40,493 nucleotides of DNA from NCBI GenBank assembly GCA_004524535.1, contig SDNY01000018.1:1-40493 (forward strand). The letters run 5' to 3'. This document shows, in pieces, positions 30,633-39,859 of the stretch (position 1 is its first letter; each line of letters begins with the position of its first letter). A model generated the notes under the pieces. The model was not told the origin of the DNA and searched no databases. It saw only the letters and a program-made list of their open reading frames with translations. The stretch comes from Promethearchaeota archaeon (lineage in GTDB: Archaea > Asgardarchaeota > Lokiarchaeia > Sigyniarchaeales > SOKP01). A program made the position numbers and the translations under genes.

Positions 30633-31499
30633 ATTACAAAAATAACAGAAAAAGAGTTTCTAACAAAACTATTAGAAGTTGTTGCTAAGCTCGTAAGCAT
30701 AGTAAAAGCACAAGGATCGCGCTTTGAAAAAATGTGGAATGAACATTTAAAAAAATTTAATGATACGCCTCATAAAATACGTCAAATTCCTCTAAATGAG
30801 GAAAATTTTCTCAAGGACATCGATTATCGAATCAAAATTTTAAAAATAGTAGAAGCGTCTCAAGTAGACGGTTTTTATGCTATAAAATCAATATTAGAGA
30901 CTATCTATAATTTATATTTTAATTCTGATTTATTTAAAAACACGTTTTCCCTCATAGATCAAAAAATGATAGAATATATGACTGCGAGGGAGATCCTAGG
31001 AAATTTAATTCAATATAACAAAATGGATCATGAAACTGTGCCATTAAAATATAATATTATGGCTAGAAATTATCTACTAATTAAACTCAAAGGTCAAGTG
31101 GACGTAGATATTCTTGAAAATATGAAAAAACTGAACTTAGATCTAGATTTAGTTGAATTGGACAAAATAATGGATGAAATCGTAGCAGATGGCTTAATTA
31201 ATAAGGAAAAACAAGAAGACAAATATTTCTATAAATTAGAAAAAGAACTGAAATTGAGTGAAGAAGGAGAGATAAAATTTAATGAGAGTGGAATAAGAGC
31301 TATTATCCAATGGCCCACTCAATTTTGGAGAAGCTTCTACAACTTACGGGAATTAAATATAACAGTAGAAGAAAACGTTAAACATCGTGATTTTCTCCAT
31401 CAAATCCTAAGTAAATCGGCAACACAGGGTTTCGGACCTACAAATTTCGTAATTAAGAATTTAATCAAATATTTTGAAAAAATTAAAGAGACACAATAG
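30633..31499 (+). CDS. hypothetical protein, possible winged helix; proposed ATT start at 30633 (track start 30732)
   Basis: Frame open upstream with protein-like ITKITEKEFLTKLLEVVAKLVSIVKAQGSRFEK; AAGGTG SD-like sequence 8 nt before ATT. Confidence 0.65.
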   Translation: MTKITEKEFLTKLLEVVAKLVSIVKAQGSRFEKMWNEHLKKFNDTPHKIRQIPLNEENFLKDIDYRIKILKIVEASQVDGFYAIKSILETIYNLYFNSDLFKNTFSLIDQKMIEYMTAREILGNLIQYNKMDHETVPLKYNIMARNYLLIKLKGQVDVDILENMKKLNLDLDLVELDKIMDEIVADGLINKEKQEDKYFYKLEKELKLSEEGEIKFNESGIRAIIQWPTQFWRSFYNLRELNITVEENVKHRDFLHQILSKSATQGFGPTNFVIKNLIKYFEKIKETQ

Positions 31500-31504
31500 A
31501 AATA

Positions 31505-32413
31505 TTAGAAATCTTTGGTTTTCTTAATTGGTATATCGAATTCTTCTAATAATGGAATTAAATGTTTTTTATCATCTGAGTTTGTACCTTTCCAATCAAT
31601 TAAAAAACAATTTATTTGTTCCAAGTTATTAGAAATCATTTGTTCAATCATCTCCTTGTTCAAATCTCGAATAAAGTATTTAGGACATATAAATGAAATC
31701 GCTACGTTCTTATTTGAAATTAATTTTTGAAATTGAGGGGCATAATGTGGTCCTCCAAAACCAATGCCAATTTCTGGAGGTTTTTTTTTTCGAAATTCGA
31801 CATATTCTAAGCAAGTATCGAGAATAGCATGCCCCACGACAAGAGCGCCTTTTTCGATTTTCCATTCCTTTTCACTACTGCCCAACTCCAAAAATATTAA
31901 TGGTTTTTCTAAAGATGTTGGTCCATGGTGAGTTACTTCGATATCTAATGAGAAATCCAACATTTGTTTTTTAGATCTTTGTGATTCTAAGGAGACATAA
32001 GCCGATTTAAGCAAGATTGCGCTTGATTTGGACAATACTCGTGGTTTGCCTCCAAAATCTGCTTTATTACTCCAATTTCCTGTAGTATGGACTAGAAATG
32101 CCGGGCGTTCTGTCTCTGACTTATGCCGACTGGCAAAAATAAGCAAATCAGGATTAATGTCTGACTCATCTAATTTTAGCTCATTTAAATGAATTAAAGG
32201 ATCATCAGTTAAACCAAGATATATCTGATTCTCGTTTAAATAACTATTTTTTTTTTCTGGATCTGATGTGAATCCTTCAAATATAAATAGAGGATTATTA
32301 TGCCACTTATCATCTATTTTTTTGAACGAATATAACGCTGAATTTAATAATTTATCGCGTATATTCATAGAAGCTATATCCTCTGTTGAAGTTATCACCA
32401 AAAATTGCGTCAA
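31505..32413 (-). CDS. dtdA: D-aminoacyl-tRNA deacylase (archaeal DTD2/GEK1 type)
   Basis: S..D.AS.NI, FASRH.S, HTTGN, EVTHHGPT, ELGS.E.EW, GFGGPHYAP. Confidence 0.92.
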   Translation of the reverse strand: MTQFLVITSTEDIASMNIRDKLLNSALYSFKKIDDKWHNNPLFIFEGFTSDPEKKNSYLNENQIYLGLTDDPLIHLNELKLDESDINPDLLIFASRHKSETERPAFLVHTTGNWSNKADFGGKPRVLSKSSAILLKSAYVSLESQRSKKQMLDFSLDIEVTHHGPTSLEKPLIFLELGSSEKEWKIEKGALVVGHAILDTCLEYVEFRKKKPPEIGIGFGGPHYAPQFQKLISNKNVAISFICPKYFIRDLNKEMIEQMISNNLEQINCFLIDWKGTNSDDKKHLIPLLEEFDIPIKKTKDF

Positions 32414-32528
32414 ATTTCTACCACCAGAAAATTTTTATAAAACTACGCCTAAAAATTCAATAAATTATATTTATAAAAAATTATATTATTATTGAATTAA
32501 AATTATAGCAAATTTATATTAAATAAAA

Positions 32529-33500
32529 TTGATAGAAATAGATTTAATAATCATCATAATAATAGCAATTATTTTTGGCACTGCATTCTTTATAGCTGAT
32601 TTTTTTGAGCACAAGCATCATCAATTACATATTTCTCTAATCGCTGGAATATCCGTGGCCTATTTCTTTCTTGTAGTCCTTCCTGAAGTGGCTTCAGGAA
32701 TGCCTGAGTATCTATTAAATTTCGAAATATTTGAATATTTTTTCATTCTAATGGGCTTTATTTTTTTCCACGTGTCTGAGAAATTAATCTTACAAAAAGT
32801 TGAGTCTAAATCACAAAAACGAATGCGTAAATTACTAAAAATGGAAAAAGATTTAGAGTTCGTAGAAGAAAATATTGAAAATGTTTTGGAATCTGAATTG
32901 CAAGAAGAAAAATTAGATATTGCTGCGTTAAAAAATTTAAATGAGTCTATTTTGGGATTAAAAGAGCAGGAAAAAACAATAAAAAAAGAAATTGAACAAT
33001 ATAAATTAAAAATCCAGAATCATCTTAATAAAGATTTATCCGAATTCAGATTTTTCACTAATTTTACTTACCATCTTTTAGTGGGGATTATTTTGGTTGG
33101 GCTTCTATTTATAGAATTCTTAGCAGCATTTCTTTTTTTTATTTTTGCGTGGTTCAGAATAATCATTTCTAATAGATCAGAAAGACACATAATATTCACT
33201 GACTTAGAAATTTACGAAGAAACCGATTATGGCACTAATTTAATTAAAAAAACATTATTAGGATTGGCAGCACTTACAGGCGTCTTTATTGGTTTGGTAT
33301 TTGAACTGGTTCTGCCAATAAAAATTGAATTAGAATTAATTTATATCTTATTTTCTTTTATTTCTGGTGTGATTTTATATACGATTGTTCGAGAAGTAAT
33401 TCCAGAGAAAGAAAAAGGTAATCCGTTGTACTTTTTAGTCGGAGCGGTTGGTTTCATAATTATAATACTCTTTATTAAGATTTTCACAACTTTAATATAA
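32529..33500 (+). CDS. ZIP-transporter-like membrane protein with coiled-coil insert
   Basis: AGISVAYFFLVVLPE and SGVILYTIVREVIPE resemble ZIP helices; long charged heptad loop. Confidence 0.6.
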   Translation: MIEIDLIIIIIIAIIFGTAFFIADFFEHKHHQLHISLIAGISVAYFFLVVLPEVASGMPEYLLNFEIFEYFFILMGFIFFHVSEKLILQKVESKSQKRMRKLLKMEKDLEFVEENIENVLESELQEEKLDIAALKNLNESILGLKEQEKTIKKEIEQYKLKIQNHLNKDLSEFRFFTNFTYHLLVGIILVGLLFIEFLAAFLFFIFAWFRIIISNRSERHIIFTDLEIYEETDYGTNLIKKTLLGLAALTGVFIGLVFELVLPIKIELELIYILFSFISGVILYTIVREVIPEKEKGNPLYFLVGAVGFIIIILFIKIFTTLI

Positions 33501-33628
33501 ATTTAAAACATATTATTTTTATCATAAAATCAAAAATAAAGCTCTAATAACACTCAGTTATTTTACAATAATGTAATCAATAATTTCAAAGATAAAAAAA
33601 ATATATAAACTTATTAAAGGAGAACAAT

Positions 33629-34030
33629 TTGGCTAAAATTATTAAAGATATCTGGATTTTAACCCAAACAGGTACAGTTGTATTCAAACGCGTTTTTAAC
33701 TCTAATGTTAAGGCTCAGCTTTTTGGAGGGCTTATGAGCGCTCTAAACTCTTTCGCAAATGAACTTGAGAGTGGAGGGCTTACTAATTTTGGATCGAGCT
33801 CTATGAAATTTACACTCTTAAAAAACCACGATTTTTTATTTGTATGTACAGCTGAAAAAAAAGTTAAAGAGAAACGCCTTCATGAAGTAATAATAAAAGT
33901 AGCTGAAAAATTTTTTAATCTGTATCCTGCAGAATGGTGTAAAAATGAATGGGATGGAGATATCTCTATTTTTGATAATTTTGTAAATGAAATCAAATTC
34001 GCTCTTCAACAACCGGCGAAGAAGGTTTAA
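33629..34030 (+). CDS. longin/roadblock-fold protein
   Basis: IKDIWIL...G.VVF.R, QLFGGLMSALNSFA.E; AAGGAG SD before TTG. Confidence 0.75.
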   Translation: MAKIIKDIWILTQTGTVVFKRVFNSNVKAQLFGGLMSALNSFANELESGGLTNFGSSSMKFTLLKNHDFLFVCTAEKKVKEKRLHEVIIKVAEKFFNLYPAEWCKNEWDGDISIFDNFVNEIKFALQQPAKKV

Positions 34031-34313
34031 GCCGGGCTTTAATGATTATACAAAAACAAAAGTTCATGATTTTCGAACCGACAAGTCTTATAAAAGTTTG
34101 AAATAAAAAAAATTTTCATCTGTTTTTGGATAGATAATTATAATTTTTAGAAAGGCAATCATTATTTTGTCTTTAGATTTTTAAGCAAATTTTTAATTAT
34201 CTCCATAATTAACCTATATAAAAATATTAAATATATTGTTTTATGAAGTCAATCTATTAAATTAAAAATTAATTAAATTAATTGAAATGTTAAAATGAAG
34301 GAGGAAATTAACG

Positions 34314-35762
34314 TTGGCACGTCCTAGCCCTTTGGACATTTATAGCTTACTCGACAGGAGTAATTGTGGTGATTGTGGCTACGCAACATGCATGGCGTTT
34401 GCCACAGATCTCTTAGAAAGAAAAGTTACATTAGAAGATTGTACTCATCTTATGCAACAACCAAAGCAAGCTAAAAACCTTGCAAAATTAAGAGAAATTA
34501 CAACTCCTCCACAGAAACCAGTAATTATTGGTGTAGGTGAGCGAGCTTGTATTTGCGGCGGAGAAGAGGTCCTTATGAGGCATCAACTTACATATTACAA
34601 TGAAACAGCTATTTTTATGGAAATTGCGGACGATAATCCTGATTTAGAAGAAATTATAAAGTATTTAACTGATTTAAAACTTGAAAGAATGGGAGATGTC
34701 CTTAGAATTAATGGTATTGCATTGAGATGTGTTTCTGGAGACCTTGACCAATTTAAACTCGCTGCGAAGAAAATTTCAGAGATAACGGATCTTCCAATTA
34801 TGTTATGTTGTATAATGAATCCAGAGATCTTACTAGCTGGTGCCACTGAAATAAAAGATAAAAAGCCTTTATTATATGGAGCAACTAAAGATTCATGGGA
34901 ACAAGTTGGAACATTTGCCGTACAAAATAATTTACCAATTGTGGCTGTATCAAGTGATTTGGATGAATTGATTTCTTTAAGTGCGACCTTACAGAAATTA
35001 GGCGCAAAAGAAATCGTTTTAGATCCGGGAACCTTCTTTGGACCTGGTAAATTAGCATTTACTTACGATAATATTCTACAATTACGAAATGCTGCTATTG
35101 ATAAGGAAGATCCCAACGCTGGTTGGCCAGTAATGGGTGTTCCAGCAGCTTATTGGGTTCAAATGGATACTAGTCAAGGAGATTTATGGACTCATCAATA
35201 TCAAGAGGTTATCATGGGAGCATTAATGGAATCAATTGATACGTCTCTCATTGTATTACATACTGGTAAAAAGAAAGACGATATCTGGGCTTTATTGGCG
35301 TTAATGACTTTACGCCAAAGTGTATTCTCTGATCCACGAATATATCCAACAGCAGATCCTGGTTTAATTCAAATTGGAGAGCCTGGGGATATGGCTCCTA
35401 TTTTTGTTACTTCAAATTATCGATTAACTAAAATTCCTGTCGAGATTGACATTAAAGGAGCCAATCTTGATAGTTGGCTCTTAGTGGTTAATAGCGAAGG
35501 AATCGGGATCGAGTCTGCTGTCGCGGGAGGACAATTTAATGCGACTTCCATAGCTGAAGCTGTACAAGAATTCAAGGCATTTGATAAAGTGAAACATAGA
35601 ATACTAATAATTCCTGGCATGGCTGCTAGATTAAGTGGTGCCCTAGAAGATGAAGCTGATGCTGTTGTATTAGTTGGACCACGAGACAGCTCAGGTATAA
35701 AAAAATTCTATGATACTCGATGGGATCCTGAAAAAGATATGAAAGAGTACGCAGAACGCTGA
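34314..35762 (+). CDS. cdhE: CODH/acetyl-CoA synthase gamma subunit (corrinoid Fe-S protein large subunit)
   Basis: NCGDCGYATCMAFA, GGEEVLMRH, PIFVTSNY, IIPGMAARLSG, VGPRDSSGI; GGAGGA SD before TTG. Confidence 0.92.
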   Translation: MARPSPLDIYSLLDRSNCGDCGYATCMAFATDLLERKVTLEDCTHLMQQPKQAKNLAKLREITTPPQKPVIIGVGERACICGGEEVLMRHQLTYYNETAIFMEIADDNPDLEEIIKYLTDLKLERMGDVLRINGIALRCVSGDLDQFKLAAKKISEITDLPIMLCCIMNPEILLAGATEIKDKKPLLYGATKDSWEQVGTFAVQNNLPIVAVSSDLDELISLSATLQKLGAKEIVLDPGTFFGPGKLAFTYDNILQLRNAAIDKEDPNAGWPVMGVPAAYWVQMDTSQGDLWTHQYQEVIMGALMESIDTSLIVLHTGKKKDDIWALLALMTLRQSVFSDPRIYPTADPGLIQIGEPGDMAPIFVTSNYRLTKIPVEIDIKGANLDSWLLVVNSEGIGIESAVAGGQFNATSIAEAVQEFKAFDKVKHRILIIPGMAARLSGALEDEADAVVLVGPRDSSGIKKFYDTRWDPEKDMKEYAER

Positions 35763-35775
35763 GTTTAATAACTTA

Positions 35776-35797
35776 TTTTTTTACTTTCTTTTTTTTT
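35776..35797 (+). terminator. oligo-T terminator after cdhE
   Basis: T-rich tracts between convergent genes. Confidence 0.45.
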
Positions 35798-35818
35798 AAC
35801 CATTCATTTATGTGTATT

Positions 35819-36460
35819 TTAAAATAGAGAATTTATTAAATCAACCGTAATCTCATTCACGCTTTTTAGAATTAAAACATTTGAATTCTCATCCAGCCTT
35901 AATTTTTTTTCATTATGGAATCCCGTTAAGACTCCAATAAATGGACAATTCAACATTTCTGCGAGTTCTCTATCCTTTGGGTGGTCTCCAATAATAACAA
36001 AATTATAGTTGGGATATTTTTTGAACAAATACTCTTTCAGCTTTGGATCAGTCTTTCTTTTTCTCGATTCGGTTTCTCCTAAGATATAATCAAAATGAGT
36101 GTCAATTTTTAAGTATTTCAACAATTTTACGGCGATCTCCTCCTTCTTCGACGTAATTACTCCTAAGATGAATGATTTTTTTAGCTCCTTCAATTTATTT
36201 TTTACTCCTGAAAATAACCTTACTTGGTAAATCCCCTTCGAGCTATAATATTCTCGAAAGGTAGATGTTAATATTGAAGGGTCTATATTGGAAAATCGAG
36301 CAAATACATCATCTAAAGGCATTCCTATCGTTTTCTCAATTTCAGATCTATCTAATTTTGGTAGATTGAACTTTTTCAAAGCATACTTAAAGGAATTTAT
36401 AATTCCTTCTCTATTATCGATGAGAGTAAAATCTAAATCGAAACTTAATATTATTTTCAT
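35819..36460 (-). CDS. HAD-family phosphatase (phosphoglycolate phosphatase-like)
   Basis: FDLDFTLID, GVITSK, IGDHPKD. Confidence 0.85.
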   Translation of the reverse strand: MKIILSFDLDFTLIDNREGIINSFKYALKKFNLPKLDRSEIEKTIGMPLDDVFARFSNIDPSILTSTFREYYSSKGIYQVRLFSGVKNKLKELKKSFILGVITSKKEEIAVKLLKYLKIDTHFDYILGETESRKRKTDPKLKEYLFKKYPNYNFVIIGDHPKDRELAEMLNCPFIGVLTGFHNEKKLRLDENSNVLILKSVNEITVDLINSLF

Positions 36461-36540
36461 CTTTATTTAATTGAGATTTATTGTTATGATTATGATAATT
36501 AAAAAAAAAAAGTTAATTGAAAAAATTATATTAAAATAAT

Positions 36541-37794
36541 TTATGTCATATAAATCGTAGCAAAAGGATCTCCCAGTATTGTCATACCATAGTAGTTAGG
36601 TTCTTTATTAAGCTCCTCAATTTCGGGATTTTGAAGCCAAGTATAAAAACCCTCTCCAAATGTTTTTCCTTGCTTTAAAGCATCGTAATAAGGTTCATAT
36701 AAATCAACTCCGCCACTTCTTGAACTTGCTACAACTGTTATTGTTGATCCCCCTGTGAAAAGATAATGAGAAGCAATATTATTCTTAATGGTATGATTAA
36801 ATATCGTACAAGCATACATCATGTAAAACAGCGGAGTTGTATTATTAGATATAATATCTTGGTATCTTAGAAATCCTTGTGTCCCTGAAGGAGGTCCAGC
36901 AGGTCCAAAAGCATGTTTTTCTGGATATGAATGAACTAAGGGATGAACAAGTTCATAACAAATTTGAGTTAAATTATTCATGTAATTTGTTGAGTTTGTT
37001 AAAGCATTATTACTATGCACAACCCTTTGAGTTCCAGTATAAGCTGTAAATGCACCCGCCCATTCTGTTGTCCAAGTTGACCAATCATCATCAATATAGA
37101 GCATCGCTTTATGTGGTCGAACGAGGGTTCCGTTTCTAAGTTCACGAGTTCGTTTAAAAAAATCTTTAATTGAGTTGATATAATTGAAACCAGCATAAGA
37201 AATGGAATAAGGATCTATCCGAGCAAGCCAAATTTCAGGTCCCCAATCACCCGTTCCATTACCATGTTCTAATTTAAAAGGAAGATTGGGATCAAAATCA
37301 TAAACATTATCACCACTAAAATCAGTCCAATTCCCATCTAAATCCATTAGATACATATCTATAGGACATACAAAATTTTTCGAAAAGGGAGGGACCGAAT
37401 AAGTTTCTTGATATCTCCCCATAGCATACGGCATCTTACCAATAAGTATCACTCCACTAATACTATTGTTACCATATTCGTTAGTTATGTTTAATTTAAG
37501 GGTATCTACATCTGGAATAGACCAATTTATTACTTTTATTACAAATCCTTGGCTTGTCGCATTCTGTACATACTTATCAACATCAGTTTTAATACTACTA
37601 TAAAGGGTTGAATTTACATAAATATTTACACGAGGGTTTGATGTAGGGGGTCCAAGTAAAACTCCATCATCATCATCGTCATCTCCACCACCAGATTTTT
37701 TCAATGAATTTATATAAATAACACCCGCGATAGAAGCAATGATTATCCCTCCAATAATTATAAAGACTAAAGCGTATTTTGATGAACTATTCAA
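36541..37794 (-). CDS. membrane-anchored peptidase C25 (gingipain-like) protein
   Basis: N-terminal TM with GGGDDDDDD linker; GVILIG..P, D.Y..DLDG.W, PEIWLARI, VHS...YACT candidate His/Cys, LGDP. Confidence 0.7.
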   Translation of the reverse strand: MNSSSKYALVFIIIGGIIIASIAGVIYINSLKKSGGGDDDDDDGVLLGPPTSNPRVNIYVNSTLYSSIKTDVDKYVQNATSQGFVIKVINWSIPDVDTLKLNITNEYGNNSISGVILIGKMPYAMGRYQETYSVPPFSKNFVCPIDMYLMDLDGNWTDFSGDNVYDFDPNLPFKLEHGNGTGDWGPEIWLARIDPYSISYAGFNYINSIKDFFKRTRELRNGTLVRPHKAMLYIDDDWSTWTTEWAGAFTAYTGTQRVVHSNNALTNSTNYMNNLTQICYELVHPLVHSYPEKHAFGPAGPPSGTQGFLRYQDIISNNTTPLFYMMYACTIFNHTIKNNIASHYLFTGGSTITVVASSRSGGVDLYEPYYDALKQGKTFGEGFYTWLQNPEIEELNKEPNYYGMTILGDPFATIYMT

Positions 37795-37903
37795 GTTTTA
37801 AACCTTTTTTATTTTTTTAAAAAATTTCTATTAAAGAATAATAGGGCATAGATAATATAAAAAACTATTCTCCAATAATGTAATTTTTTCTCTGAACTAA
37901 TAA

Positions 37904-39589
37904 TTATGAAAGAACCGTAGTAGGAGGTTGCAGGTTTTTAAATAATCCAAGTAAGTACATAATTTCTTCTGAGCCATTAATGATTCTCTTTATATGATAA
38001 GGAAAGCTTTCAAATCTAACTTTCTTTCCTTCATTAACCCAATCAATTATCAACTTAACCATTTCTTTATATTTATTGATGGTATTCCCTTCAGAATCTA
38101 TTTCATCCATGATTTTCCATGCTTTCCCTAATTTACCATTGAGAATAAGGGATAAAGAAGCTAATACGTAAGAATGGACTATGTGTGAGTAGCCGATTTT
38201 TTTTAAATTTGCGGCTCTATAATAATATCTATACACAGATCTAACCATTTGCCTTAAAAAAATATCTTGTGCGATATCTAATTGCTCGTAAAATTTTAAA
38301 CTCTCTAAAATAAGTGTTGCTGAGGTGTAAAATTGTTTATTTTTCACTTCTTTTTTTGCAATTTTACTCAATCCTCGGATAATTTGATTAAATATTCCAT
38401 ATCGGTTAAATTCAAGGTTTCCTTCAACTGCTATGTCGTATGCATTTAAAAAACATTCAGTCGATTGATTTAAATCCCCGATTTTCCAAAAGTTATGTCC
38501 TGCTTTTACTAAATGCTTATAAGCCATTTCAAAATTATTTAAATCCTTAAAAATATTTGCCGCATTAATAAAATTCTCTGCCGCTTCGGAATAATCTTCA
38601 ACCTTTTCAATATAATTTCCCGCTAAAACAAAACACGAAGCGGATTCAATTAGATTATTATTGATCTCTTTATAACATAATCCTGCTCCTCGGTAATAAC
38701 TGGCAATTTTTTGAAAATTCTGTGTATTTTTTTCTAAGCTTTCTGCTAAATTGATATATGCACCTGCTTCTCTTTTAGTGTAATTAAGATATTGATCTTT
38801 ATCATCCAGTTGATTATAGAGATTTTTTAATATCTGACATATTTGAGCTAACCCCAAATTTATATTCATTTCTTCAAATTCATGAAATAAATTTGAGAAA
38901 AAATCTATTCCATCCAAAATAATATTTTTAGATTGGTTATAACTGTCTAATTCCTCATAACAGAGGGCAAGTTGTTGATAGGAAAAGGATAAAATATCGT
39001 AATAATTATAAGTTTTTGCGAATTCAATTGCTTTTTCGTAAGTTTTAATGGCTTTTTTAAAATCAGACGATTTTACGTATAATTCCGCTATATTTTGATA
39101 ATTTTGAGTCATTTTTCTAGTTCCAAAGTTACTTGTATCGTTAAAATCGTTCAAAAGTTTGTTTTCTTGGTTCAAATACTCGATACTTTTTACTATATTG
39201 TCCTTTTGTGATTTGCCGTCTTGAAATTTTTCCTCATAAATATCAGCGATTTTTAAATAAATCTCAGCAATTTCGTGTAGTTTAGCTTGAATGATGAAAT
39301 TCTCAATTAATTTTTCCCATAATTTAATATTATGCTTATATAATTCAAGAGCGAAAGAATAATCAAGATCCTCTAATATTTCGGCTGCTGAATTTATAAA
39401 CTCTCCTGCTTCCCAAATATCTCCTGCTTCAGCAAGTTTGTTCGAAAATTTAACTGAGATTTTAACAAGCTGTTGAAGTAAATTCTTCTTTTTGTTTTTA
39501 TCACTGATTTTTTTTATATTTCTAACGTAATCTCTTAGACGCTCTAAAAAATCTATGTAATCACTGTAATCCTCTTCTTCCTCAAGAAT
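37904..39589 (-). CDS. TPR / alpha-SNAP-like helical repeat protein; proposed ATT start at 39589 (track start 39175)
   Basis: Frame is open from 39601 to 37904; repeats such as ESASCFVLAGNYIEKVEDYSEAAENFINAANIFK. Confidence 0.7.
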   Translation of the reverse strand: MLEEEEDYSDYIDFLERLRDYVRNIKKISDKNKKKNLLQQLVKISVKFSNKLAEAGDIWEAGEFINSAAEILEDLDYSFALELYKHNIKLWEKLIENFIIQAKLHEIAEIYLKIADIYEEKFQDGKSQKDNIVKSIEYLNQENKLLNDFNDTSNFGTRKMTQNYQNIAELYVKSSDFKKAIKTYEKAIEFAKTYNYYDILSFSYQQLALCYEELDSYNQSKNIILDGIDFFSNLFHEFEEMNINLGLAQICQILKNLYNQLDDKDQYLNYTKREAGAYINLAESLEKNTQNFQKIASYYRGAGLCYKEINNNLIESASCFVLAGNYIEKVEDYSEAAENFINAANIFKDLNNFEMAYKHLVKAGHNFWKIGDLNQSTECFLNAYDIAVEGNLEFNRYGIFNQIIRGLSKIAKKEVKNKQFYTSATLILESLKFYEQLDIAQDIFLRQMVRSVYRYYYRAANLKKIGYSHIVHSYVLASLSLILNGKLGKAWKIMDEIDSEGNTINKYKEMVKLIIDWVNEGKKVRFESFPYHIKRIINGSEEIMYLLGLFKNLQPPTTVLS

Positions 39590-39859
39590 CTTAAGATCAA
39601 CTCATTAAAACTAAGTAAAGATCACATATTGAAATTAATTGAAAAATAAAAAGAAATGGTTTTTCAGAATTAGTTTTAACCTCTTAAAAACAACGAGAAT
39701 GGAATTCCGAAAGAATTATCTATTTCACATTAATATATATGCTGCCAACTTATAATTCTAAACAATAACTATAAAATATTGTGATGTAATTAATTATTTA
39801 AATGAAAATTATCATATAATAAATATATAAATTACATTACTAAGGATGGTATAAAAAGA

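Noticed and set aside
34013-34035. CCGGC/GCCGG stem around the longin gene stop as a second intron or readthrough signal
   Set aside because: Only 5 bp, no BHB geometry, and another stop follows after 3 codons
25982-35762. TGA stops (25984, 27117, 35762) as selenocysteine codons
   Set aside because: The proteins look complete at those points and no SECIS-like hairpin was seen downstream
330-37196. Short antisense and nested ORFs in the track (e.g. 2322-2750, 9093-9431, 16352-16690, 26995-27342)
   Set aside because: They overlap well-supported genes and read as shadow frames
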